A DNA stretch of 27,289 bases from Octopus sinensis (Eukaryota): the NCBI RefSeq assembly GCF_006345805.1, contig NW_021833398.1:1-27289 (forward strand), read 5' to 3'. Of the stretch, positions 1 to 10,110 are shown piece by piece; the stretch's first letter is position 1; each line of letters starts with the position of its first letter. The notes beneath the pieces were generated by a model that was not told the origin of the DNA, did no database searches, and saw nothing but the letters and a program-made list of their open reading frames with translations. The position numbers and the translations under genes are program-made.

Positions 1-462
1 TGAAAATTATAATTAATTTTCCATTTCTTTTTGATATGTTTAAGTATTATAAGTTTTTGGGATAATTTTCGATTTTAAAGGTTGGCATTTTTTTATTGCC
101 GGAAAAGGGCTGCGTCTGCGCAGTAGATTTTGAAAAATTAGGATATATAAACGGGAGACTTATAGTTTGATTGCCTCGTTGTTTATATATTTAAACCAAG
201 GTGTCCCTGTTGGGAACGATTTCACATCGTGAGCAAATTTTATTTATTTGCTTGCTAAACTAAAATCGGAAACCAATTGGTCCAGGAAACTTGATGGTAA
301 AATGTTTCTATTTTTTCATTTCGTTCTTGTCGAATTTTATCCCTAATTTTTGTGGTTATAGGACCTAGCTGTTCTTTCTAACGTGTTGAATTCCACGAGT
401 GGATTCCTTATGTGTTTAAATGTACACTATATTATATATATATATATATATAGGGAGAGAGA

Positions 463-495
<33 letters not shown>

Positions 496-851
496 TGATA
501 GAATCAGAAAAAAAAGCACGCTAAAGTGGTTATATATTTATAATGTGGACCAGTATATTCCTAATTGTAGCATATAAATGGTAAGAATGTTACCGATCGT
601 TCCGTACAGAGACCTTTCAAAACATGCTGGCTGGAATCGCAGAATCCTTTTTTATATTAATGCTGGTTCGTTCAGCAGAACGAAAAACTGATGAAATAAT
701 TTAAGTTTCCGGGAGGTAAACTTGATGTGCTTCCCATGAAAAAATATAGGCTGTCGCTGAAGTGTATCATCTTATATGCTTTTCTTTCTCTGATCCCAAA
801 AAAAGGAAATAACCACGTTGCCAAAACGGGCTTTTCTACATGAGGATAGCA

Positions 852-1060
852 ACGATATTTTTCGCTTTCCTTGTTCTTAAGCGCTGTCAACTCCAGCCTT
901 TACAAGTTCAACTTTCTCCTGCATCCCTTTAAACTTTTCCTTTCCTCTGCAGTATGTATCAATATCTTCAGTCTATAATTCTTGAAGTCATTTCTTAGAT
1001 ATTGTCTGATCGCTTTGCAAAGAATGAAATATTCGAGGTGATCTTTCATGTTCCTCTTCA
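852..1060 (-). mobile_element. Decayed RTE-clade non-LTR retrotransposon fragment (region between endonuclease and RT)
   Basis: The minus strand reads HLEYFILCKAIRQYLRNDFKNYRLKILIHTAEERKSLKGCRRKLNL*RLELTALKNKESEK through one stop. The AEERKSLKxCRR...TALKN pattern matches my recollection of RTE-clade ORFs. No RT motifs are present in the window. Confidence 0.55.
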
Positions 1061-1093
1061 TAGGTTTCTGTTTCTCAGGCACTTTTTCAGGAG

Positions 1094-1251
1094 GTACTCT
1101 TTCACCACTCTTTCTCCCACTCTTTCTTCTGTTGTCCTGCTCGCTTAGCCAGCGGGGTAGCATCATTCGAAGGCTAAAACAATGCGAACGCATTGTGACC
1201 AGCGATGTGTAACAACGTCTGATGGTCTGGTCGGTCACGTGATCACGTGAC
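1094..1251 (+). mobile_element. 3' part of an unclassified interspersed repeat (SINE/LINE tail) ending in an (AAT)n tail
   Basis: The sequence ...cattcgaaggctaaaacaatgcgaacgcattgtgaccagcgatgtgtaacaacgtctgatggtctggtcggtcacgtga is followed directly by (AAT)n. A diverged, alignable second copy lies at ~18043-18160. Confidence 0.6.
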
Positions 1252-1253
1252 AT

Positions 1254-1282
1254 ATAATAATAATAAAATAATAATAATAATA

Positions 1283-1314
<32 letters not shown>

Positions 1315-1318
1315 TATC
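1254..1318. repeat. Compound microsatellite (AAT)n-(ATT)n-(AT)n
   Basis: Read directly from the sequence. Confidence 0.9.
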
Positions 1319-1431
1319 ATATGAATTATGTTCATATACAAATTATCTTTCGATTGTATTTATAACAATAAAAAGTAAAATAAGACGAGAGTGGGTTTTA
1401 AAAAATCGAAATGGTTAAATAGGAGTCAAAC

Positions 1432-1561
1432 TCTGTGTGCCTGTACGTGTGGGTGTGTATGGTGTGCGCGTGAGTGCGTGTGTGTCTGTGCATGTATGAG
1501 TGTGTGTGTGTGTGCGTGTGTGTGTGCGTGTGTGTGTGTGTATGTGTGTGTGTGTATGTGT
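1432..1561. repeat. Imperfect (GT)n microsatellite
   Basis: Read directly from the sequence. Confidence 0.9.
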
Positions 1562-1889
1562 AATCGCATCTGATGGCAGAGAAGAAAGCGATGAGAGCCA
1601 GAAAAAGAGAGAATGGGGAAATAGAGGAGAGAAACAGAGAGGTACAGGGGAAAGATGGGTATGAAAGAATTAGCATAAAATGGTGTGTTTCTCAGAAAGA
1701 GGAAAGAGTTGGCATTTATCGATAAACGAAAAGAATTATAGCACTTATGGATTTGGAAGCGGAGGGAAAAGTAAGGACTATTAAGGAGTATGAGTGCGGG
1801 GATAGTGTTGTAAAAATAACTAGAAAGGGAAATATTAGGGCAGACGACATTGTAAGTAAGATAGAGAGAAATCGACAGATGGAATGATA

Positions 1890-2372
1890 GCTAGATACAT
1901 ACATATATGTATGCGTGTGCATGTACATATGTATATACGTATTTGTATGTATGTACGTATGTATGAATGTATGTATGTATGTATGTATGTATGTATGTAT
2001 GTATGTATGTATGTATGTATGTATGTATGTATGTATGTATATGGGTGTGTGTGTCTATGCGTGTGTGTGTCTATGCATGTAAGTAAGTGTATGTGTATGT
2101 ATAAAAATACAATTATATATATTAATATATATTTTATATATAAAATACGTACATACATGCATATATATATGTGTGTGTATGGGAGTGTGTATGTGTGTGG
2201 GTGTATGTTTGTGTGTGTGTACATGTGTGTATATATAGGTGTATAAATACGATTATATGTATATAATTATACATATATTTATATGAATACATACACACAT
2301 ACATACATAGAAACACACATACATGTGTATATATGTGTGTATGTGTGTGTATGTGTGTGTGTGCATGTGTGT
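1890..2372. repeat. Compound (TATG)n/(GT)n/(AC)n microsatellite block
   Basis: Pure (TATG)n runs from ~1965 to 2040, with degenerate dinucleotide flanks. Confidence 0.9.
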
Positions 2373-2954
2373 ATAGTTGGAAAGAGAGAGAAAGCAAACG
2401 ACCGTATGATGGATGAAAAAGAGGACGATCGAAGAGGCAGGACGTAAGAGAAAATACTGGTTAGAAAACAAAACGAAGAGAGAGACAAAAAGAATAGAAA
2501 AAATGAACTGTAGACATTTGAGGTAGCGATAAAGAAGTGATGGCGGAAAATCTCAGCTTGAATGTTCATCATTTGTAAAGATAACAGGATAAAAAAGAGA
2601 CATAAGAATAAAGAGAAAATGATCAACTAAAAAAAAAAATCTAACGAAGTTGACAGGAAGTTCTTCCGGTTACCCTAGCAGCCATTGAGGCAGATCGGAG
2701 AACTAAAATGCATGGACGTATTCTGTGTGATTTCCCAGCAATCTCAGTTGTCAGTTGCCTGATGGGAAAAGATGTGCTACAGTTGACCAGATCTAACTAG
2801 CTGACTAATACATCAATTTATCGCTCGTCAGCTTATCAGGTCATCATGTAACGTGTCACTGGTGAAATATAATGACACTACTGCACAGCTTTTGCACATG
2901 CGTATACGCATGCGCTTATAACGGTCTCTCTCTATATATATGGTCTTTGTTTGT

Positions 2955-3130
2955 GTGCGTGTGTGTGTATGTATGTTTTCGTATTTGTATACGTGTTCGT
3001 ATTATTCGTATAACATATTTGTGTGTACATCTGTATATGTGTCAGTGTCGAATATGTGTATGTCCGTGTGTGTGTATGTGTGTGTGTGTATGTGTATGTT
3101 CGTGTGTGTATGTGCGCGCGTGTGTGTGTA
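2955..3130. repeat. Degenerate (GT)n microsatellite
   Basis: Read directly from the sequence. Confidence 0.8.
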
Positions 3131-3224
3131 TTTTCATTATTGCTATTGTTCTTTTATTGTAGAAAAAACTCTTCCATATTCGTTACACTATTCCATCCAT
3201 GTTCAATACGAGCAAACTATTGTA

Positions 3225-3810
3225 GAGTAGTGAGACGATGATGATGTGGTAGTGATGGTGATGGTGAGGACAGCGGAGATGGTGGTGGTGTGGTTTCGAT
3301 CATTGCGGTGGTGGTTGTGATGTTGACGGTGGTGGTGGTGGTAGTTGTGATGGTGGCGGTGATTATGGTGTGGTTGCGATGATTGCAGTGGAAGTGGTGG
3401 TGGTGGTGATATTGGCGGTGGCGGTGATGGTGGTGGTGTTGGTGGTGGTGGTGTTGGTGGTGGTGGTAGCGATGATGATGGTGATGATGATGACGATGAT
3501 GATGATGACGACGATGATGATTGCGATAACAGGGAGAACGCTGACGACGATGTTCATAATATGTGTCGGTGACAACGATGATGATGATGATATGAGGTGA
3601 TAGTTGTGGTTGTGGTAGTGACGATGTCCTACACGATAAGAATGTTGTTGATGGTGATCACGACGATGGTGATGTTGATGATGATGATGATGATGACCAC
3701 GACGACGGCGACGATGACCATGACCACCATAATGACCATGATGGTAGTGGTGGTGATGGTGATGACAATAATGTTGGTGATGAATGCGATGCCGATGCGA
3801 AGATAATATG
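3225..3810. repeat. Low-complexity trinucleotide tract (GGT/GAT/GAC)n
   Basis: Interspersed GGT, GAT and GAC runs. This tract produces the poly-V/M/H/T ORFs in the track. Confidence 0.9.
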
Positions 3811-3962
3811 GTACCACATATAGCAGCATTAATCATTTCTTAGATAAGTAGTATGAAGGACAAATGCAGTGGCTGCACACTTTTAATTATCTAAAGGAAC
3901 AGGAATGAGGCTTGGGTGAGTCAGAGAGTCAGTTCACTGTTGAACATTAGAATAACAACAAG

Positions 3963-4175
3963 GGCGGCGATCTGGCACAATTGTTAGCGCGGCGGGTGAA
4001 ATGCTTAGCGGCATTTCGCCTGTCGCTACGTCCTGAGTTCAAATTCCGCCGCGGTCAACTTTGCCATTCATCCTTTCGGGGCCGGTAAAATAAGTATCAG
4101 TCGAGCACTGGGATCGATGTAATCGACCAGACTCTTCTCTAGAACTTGCTGGCCGCCTTGTGCCAGTATAGTATT
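3963..4175 (+). mobile_element. tRNA-headed SINE, family A (near full length)
   Basis: Head ggcggcgatctggcacaattgttagc with an A-box-like motif, B-box-like gagttcaaattcc, and body tttgccattcatcctttcgggg...gcactgggatcgatgtaatcgac. Aligns by eye with eight other copies in the window. Confidence 0.85.
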
Positions 4176-4284
4176 TGAATATTACAATAACAATTTAAAT
4201 GATATAATATAAATACAAATAACATAAATATAATATAAATAACAATATAAAGAACAATATAAATAATGCTAAATATTATGCCGA

Positions 4285-4532
4285 ACCTATGAGCGGTCAC
4301 GTGGTTAGAAGGCTGACAATTCGGTTGCCTATACAGGACTATTCGATCAGATTATAAAAAGCAGCCAAGTCTTCCTAAAATCCTACAGCGTTGTCTTAAA
4401 ACTGGAAAGGTATATTGGAAACTAGAATCTTTAAAAAAAAGTATCATGACTGAGTAATGACATGATGGTCATATTTGGAACGCTTTCAATTATTGATCTG
4501 CCCAATGAAAGATGACCTGGAGTTGAGCTACT
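4285..4532 (+). mobile_element. Diverged unclassified interspersed repeat
   Basis: aaaagcagccaagtcttcctaaaatc...gatgacctggagttgagctactact resembles a cephalopod repeat from my recollection only. There is no second copy in the window. Confidence 0.3.
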
Positions 4533-5208
4533 ACTACCGTTCCAACATATAAATAATACTGATTGATAGAGGACATTGCTAGATGTATATACAAAAATAT
4601 TCTACATCATACCTAGTTTCCGATCAACTAAATTGTATAATCTATAACAATAAACGCGAAATTCTGTCTGTCCGGGACACTTGTATCTCAGTCTACATTT
4701 GCTCTACATAGACATATTATACACTTTTCGAATCAGGATGAAAATCTTCCCTTCATTTGGTTCTGGAACATCCAGCATTGGAATCTGATTTAAGAGGATT
4801 TGAGTTGCTATTTCTAGCAGGTTAAGTTTGGCTGATTCATGCCAAGCTTAACCTGATCTTGGTTGACCTTTGTCAGATAACGTCAGCAATCAAGGGGGAG
4901 ATAAATGACATTCACTTCGTTAAGTTTACGTCGTGACAGGAACTTTGGGACAAATTGGTCAACAGTTGGAATTAAACTTTGGACTGGATCAATGGAATGA
5001 TTGCATTACGGAATTAATTCTCATCCGTTTTTAACCTCTGATCAAACACCATCGGGGCATATAGTCCTTATGGACGTATTATAGTCATGCTATTTAGCCA
5101 TTTATAGTTTTGGGCCGCAAGCCCAAATAGCCCTTCACAGGAGCCGGTTAAAAAGTCCGCACGGAGTGCAGCTTTTAAGCAAGTCACTAAAATAATGACA
5201 ATGTAAAT

Positions 5209-5395
5209 CGGCGAGCTGGCAGAATCATTAGCACACCGATCGAAATGCTTAGCGGCATTTCGTTCGTCTCAGTTCAAATGCTGCATTGGTCCACTTTTCC
5301 TTTCATCCTTTAATCCTTACCGGTTTCGATGTAATCAATTTAAGCCCTTCCCCGAAATTGCTGGCTTTGAGCCAAACTTTGAGATCAAAATTTGA
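5209..5395 (+). mobile_element. Family A SINE, internally deleted and diverged
   Basis: cggcgagctggcagaatcattagcac...gaaatgcttagcggcatttcg...cagttcaaat...tttcatcctt...gatgtaatcaa. Confidence 0.8.
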
Positions 5396-5427
5396 TATCG
5401 ATGTAGTGACAATGTATCTACTCACTG

Positions 5428-5473
5428 CTAATCATTTTGCCCAATGTGCTAACGATTCTGCCAGTTCACCGCC
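5428..5473 (-). mobile_element. Family A SINE, head fragment only
   Basis: The reverse complement reads ggcggtgaactggcagaatcgttagcacattgggcaaaatga. Confidence 0.7.
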
Positions 5474-5521
5474 TTAACACCGACAAAATTATTAGCTGGA
5501 ACTTCAATAATAATACTTTTT

Positions 5522-5724
5522 AATGTAGACACAAGTTCTGAAATTTTGGGAGAGGAATCAAATCCGTTACATCAATTCCAATACATAACTGGTAATTATC
5601 TGATCGACTCCGAAGGATAAAAGGCAAAGTCGACCCCAGCGGAAATAGAAATCAGAATATATAGATAGATGAAATGCCGCTAAGCATTTTCTCCGGCATG
5701 CTAACGATTCCGCCAGCTCGCCGC
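5522..5724 (-). mobile_element. Family A SINE
   Basis: The reverse complement begins gcggcgagctggcggaatcgttagcatgccggagaaaatgcttagcggcatttc and contains gtcgactttgccttttatccttcggagtcga. Confidence 0.85.
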
Positions 5725-5751
5725 TTTAACAACAAAATTATAAACAACAGT

Positions 5752-5949
5752 AATAGGCCTGAAATCTGTGGGAAGGAGACTAGTCGATTGCATCGACTCC
5801 AGTGTTTCACTGGTACTTAATTTATAAACCCCCGAAAGGATGAAAAGCAATGTTGACCTTGGCGGAATTTGAACTCAGAATCGTAGCAGCAGACGAAATA
5901 CCGCTAAGCATTTCGCCCGGCGTGCAAATGATTCTGTCAGCTCGCCGCC
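5752..5949 (-). mobile_element. Family A SINE
   Basis: The reverse complement begins ggcggcgagctgacagaatcatttgcacgccgggcgaaatgcttagcggtatttcg and contains the B-box-like gagttcaaattcc. Confidence 0.88.
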
Positions 5950-5989
5950 TTTCCAATAATCCTTTCTACTAAAAGTACAAGGCCTTTCC

Positions 5990-6080
<91 letters not shown>

Positions 6081-6110
6081 TATTATTATTATATTATTAT
6101 TATTATTATT
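5990..6110. repeat. (AAT)n immediately followed by (ATT)n: a near-palindromic AT tract
   Basis: Read directly. The (ATT)n half is the tail of the minus-strand SINE at 6111-6312. Confidence 0.9.
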
Positions 6111-6312
6111 TCTTTACTACCCACAAGGGGTTAAACACAGAGGGGACAAACAAGGACAGATATCGATCCCAGTGCGTAACTGGTACTTAAATTATCAACC
6201 CCGAAAGGATGAAAGGCAAAGTCGACCTCGGCGGAATTTGAACTCAGAACGTAACGGCAGGCGAAATACGGTTACGCATTTCGCCCAGCGTGCTAACGTT
6301 TCTGCCAGCTCG
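6111..6312 (-). mobile_element. Family A SINE with (AAT)n tail
   Basis: The reverse complement reads cgagctggcagaaacgttagcacgctgggcgaaatgcgtaaccgtatttcgcctgccgttacgttctgagttcaaattccgccgaggtcgactttgcc...ccccttgtgggtagtaaaga and then (AAT)n. Confidence 0.9.
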
Positions 6313-6884
6313 AATACAACTGTAAAATGTCAGATGTCAACATCAGCAGCAGCTTCAACATTAGCGAGTAACAACAACAATAACAATATCAACAATGATA
6401 CCAATTGTAACAACAAAAAATAGCTTCAACAAAAACTACAAAAGACAAAATACAAACAAACAAGAAAAAATTCGGAGTGTATGCAAATAAGAAGAGCAAT
6501 CGGATCTGAACGGTTGTTAGCGTTGTTGGCGGTGGAATTTGTACCGAGATCGGAAACCGATTAATGGATGTTGACAAAGTGTAGAATATGTAGTTACTAA
6601 AAGGAAGGAAAAAATGTCTAACAAAAAAAAAAAAAAAAAAGAACATGATGTCTACAATCAATGCGATACGATAACTGGCAGATAAAATTTTAAAAAATAC
6701 ACATATGATAAAGCACAAACGTAATTATAAAGGAAGAAAAATTAAAAACCGAGAGAAATTTGAAAAATTAAGTTAAACTATATACACGCATGAATACGCG
6801 CTGCATACATACCATACATGCATAGACACATACATACATACGTGTGTGTGATAATATATATATATATATGTTTATATATATTAA

Positions 6885-6964
6885 TTCTTCTTTTACTTGT
6901 TTAAGTCATTTGACTGCGGCCATGCTAAAGTATCATCTTGAAGGGTTTTAGTCAACTGAATCGA

Positions 6965-6966
<2 letters not shown>
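6885..6966 (-). mobile_element. Family B SINE, 3' tail fragment
   Basis: The reverse complement contains agcatggccgcagtcaaatgacttaaacaagtaaaaga, matching the end of the intact copy at ~14990-15030. Confidence 0.8.
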
Positions 6967-7009
<43 letters not shown>

Positions 7010-7080
7010 GCATAAACGCTCTCATACACAAATATACGTGTATGTGTGCATATATACACACACTCATGCACACACAAAAA

Positions 7081-7408
7081 TGGGGTTGGCCAAAAAGTCC
7101 GTTTGGTTTTCAAAGCGAAAATACGATGCCAGTTTCAAATACAAAGCGATTTTTTTCAATCAAAGACATAATTACTGCTTTGTTAGATGGTTTCTGATAT
7201 CATGAGAACTGGATATCTGGAAAATATCTGCTCTCATCTTGGTCGTATAATGAGGGCTGGTGTCGACTAACTCCTTCACTTCGCTGTTAATTTCAGTCGG
7301 CCGACCAGAACGTGGTGCATCACGAACCGAAATGTTTCCCGATTGAAATCTTTAAAACCACTTCTGGCTTTCTCATTCGTTAACAACACATCCTCCTCGT
7401 ACGTTTCT
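7081..7408 (-). mobile_element. Mariner-family DNA transposon remnant (N-terminal HTH region plus one TIR)
   Basis: The minus strand translates to QKWF*RFQSGNISVRDAPRSGRPTEINSEVKELVDTSPHYTTK, the typical mariner W...DxPRSGRP motif. A mariner-type TIR-like sequence, ggggttggccaaaaagtccgtttggtttt, lies at 7082-7110. The catalytic domain and the other TIR are absent. Confidence 0.85.
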
Positions 7409-7410
7409 TC

Positions 7411-7996
7411 AGGAAAACCAAGTTCTCACAACTTGGGGTGATCTTTGAATGTGTCTTCAGTGAGGGTAATGTCATGCTGCCTCATATCTTTAAACAGAGC
7501 CTTTGATATAACTCAGGCGACTATGGGACTCTACTGGAGACTTGTCAAGCCCTGACTGGAGAGAATTGCTGCTGAAAGGCCATATATGTGGCAGCAGAAT
7601 TCGACTCCTTGCCCTAACTACGGCAAGAGTCAAAAGTGGTTGTCGGAGAACTTCTACGACTTCACCGGGCACTAATTTCTGACCTCCTGACTCCTCCGAT
7701 TGGAATCGCATGGATTCCAGCTATGGTGTGTGGCTGACAAAGACACCAGCCGCTCTGCCTGCAACACCAAGGCAGAGCACGTGGCCAATATCATTCGAAT
7801 ATTTCCTCATGCGCCAGGTTCCGGAGTCGCCTTGAGGCCATGGTGGAAACTGGGGGTAGCTACTTTGAGTAAACTGTTATTTCCCAGCCATAATCTAGTT
7901 GATATTTTTTGATTTTTTAAAATACTTTTTATATTTGGATGGTATATTGTGTCTACCTTTCTTTTTATGCAAACTGTCAAATTTAGCCGGAACAGT
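7411..7996 (+). mobile_element. DD37D (maT) Tc1/mariner transposase pseudogene: catalytic C-terminal half plus right TIR-like end
   Basis: The frameshifted translation reads KTKF...VFSEGNVMLPHIFKQ...ERIAAERPYMWQQNSTPC...KSQKWLSENFYDFT...PPDSSDWNRMD...DKDTSRSACNTKAE...RSRLEAMVETGGSYFE*. After correcting a 1-nt insertion there are 37 residues between the second catalytic position (here N instead of D) and the third D. The end tgtcaaatttagccggaaca at ~7976-7995 is TIR-like. Confidence 0.85.
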
Positions 7997-8695
7997 AGTA
8001 CATACATGTGTGTGTATGTGTATGTATGTGTATGCATGTGTGGGCGTGCCCGTGCGTCCGTGTGTGTGTGCGTGCATATAAACAAAATCGAATATCGTAT
8101 GCACACGATATCCTCAAATTACCTTCCTCTAGAAACACCGGAATAAGTTTCAGTCTACATGTTTTAGCTAATCTTGCTAAATCCACAAAAGTATTATCAA
8201 CGTTCAACTAGCAACAACGCTAACGTCAATGACATGCTGAAAATCAATAATCAATAATAAGCAGAAATCAAACAATCAAAAGGAAACAAAAAAGAAAAAA
8301 ACGAAAGAAAAAAAACGAAAGGAAGAGAAAGAATTTCGAAAATGGCGCAGAAAAATACAGAAACATTTCTTGCTATATTGAGACTGCCGTTTATGCCGTG
8401 TGGCGTATGTCTGCTTTTTTCACCTATCTGTGTCTATCTCTCTGTTTTGGTCTCTATTATCATTCTTTCTCCCCTTCTCACAATCTCTTTTCATTTTCCT
8501 TTTCCTTTTCCTTTTTCCTTTTTCCTCATCCCATCTTCACTGGGTCTCCGCAGACAGAAATACACCGATCTGTCAATCTTAACAAAACCGAGAACAAGTA
8601 AATCAGAGAAAAACTACGCGAAAGAAAAACTTTAACGATAGCGTAATCCCACCGATGTGACAATTGAGACTACACCTCATTTCACTCACTGTTTC

Positions 8696-8700
8696 TCTCC

Positions 8701-8756
<56 letters not shown>

Positions 8757-8951
8757 TCATTAATTGTGTAACTGTAAGAGAGGCGGGTGACATATACCTC
8801 TGTATATATATATATATACACACGTCTATATAATATATATATATATATATATAATATATATATTATATGTATATATATATTATATATATATGTATATATA
8901 ATATATATATATATATATAGATATATATATATATATGTGTGTGTGTGTATG

Positions 8952-8983
<32 letters not shown>

Positions 8984-9000
8984 TGTATGTATGTATGTTT
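8696..9000. repeat. (CT)n, (AT)n and (TATG)n microsatellites
   Basis: Read directly from the sequence. Confidence 0.9.
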
Positions 9001-9391
9001 ATATGTAGTATGTGTGAGTAAACGGCTGTTTGTATATGCGTATGTGTGTAAGTGTGGTAAGAGTCCAGGTGTGTGTGAGAGAGAGAGAGATAGAGCGTGT
9101 CTGCTGTGTGATGTGTATGGGTTTATGTATGTGTAGATAGTGTGTAGTGTTAATATATAATGGCTGAGTGAATGACTGCATATGCATTGTATGTGGTGTG
9201 TATGTGCATGTGTGTGTGTGTGTCTGTGGGCGTGTGTGTGAGTGTGTGTGTCTATGTGTTTTTCATGTGCGTGACGATTGAGACAACTTTTCATTTCCCC
9301 TCACTCTTTGCTCGTGTTGGCTTTATGTCTCTACGTGTTCTGGTGTGAGTACGTCTGTCTGCCTATCTGTCATGCTGTCTGTCAATTAGTC

Positions 9392-9807
9392 AGTATGTAT
9401 GTATGTATGTATGTATGTATGTATGTATGTATGTATGTATGTATGTATGTATGTATGTATGTATGTTGGCATGCATGCATTGTGCATGTCATGTATGTAT
9501 GTGTGTTGTATGTATGTATGTTTATGTATGTATGTATGTATGTATGTATGTATGTATGTATTATGTATGTATGTATGTATTATGTTATGTATGTATGTAT
9601 GTATGTATGTATGTATGTATGTATTATGTATGTATGTGTGTATGTATGTATGTATGTAAGTATGTATGTATGTATGTATGTATGTAAGTATGTATGTATG
9701 TATGTAGTATGTATGTATGTATGTATGTATGTAAGTATGTATGTATGTATGTGTGCATGTATGTATGTATGTATGTATGTATGTATGTGTGTATGTATGT
9801 GTGTATG

Positions 9808-9838
<31 letters not shown>

Positions 9839-10110
9839 GTATGTATGTATGTATGTATGCATGCATGTATGTGTGCATGTATGTATGTATGCATGCATGT
9901 ATGTGTGTATGTATGTGTGTATGTATGTATGTATGTATGTATGTAAGTATGTATGTATGTATGTATGCATGCATGTATGTGTGCATGTATGTATGTATGT
10001 ATGTGTGTATGTATGTATGTAATTATGTATGTATGTATGTATGTATGTGTGTATGTATGTATGTAAGTATGTATGTATGTATGTGTGCATGTATGTATGT
10101 ATGTATGTAT
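9392..10110. repeat. ~720-bp (TATG)n tetranucleotide array with variant units
   Basis: Read directly. This array produces the MYVC/HTYI ORFs in the track. Confidence 0.95.

Noticed and set aside
100-400. Promoter-like motifs (CTGCGTCTGCGCAG, TATATAAA) and a possible 65-nt intron at ~297-361
   Set aside because: The motifs are short, the flanking peptides are unrecognisable and no downstream coding exons support a gene.
672-720. CTGATGA at 688-694 next to the hairpin TTCGTTC-AGCA-GAACGAA
   Set aside because: There is no correctly placed stem II, GAAA or cleavage triplet, so it is not a hammerhead.
3963-4050. tRNA-like heads as genuine tRNA genes
   Set aside because: They have A/B-box-like motifs only, with no cloverleaf, and each continues into a SINE body.
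5028-5154. Nested short inverted repeats (TTTTTAACC/GGTTAAAAA and TTTGGGC/GCCCAAA)
   Set aside because: The arms are 7-9 bp in AT-rich DNA with no TSD, which is compatible with chance.
8342-8410. AAAATGGCG start or YY1-like motif with a possible donor GC|GTATGT
   Set aside because: The peptide MAQKNTETFLAILRLPFMPCG matches nothing I recognise and has no partner exon.
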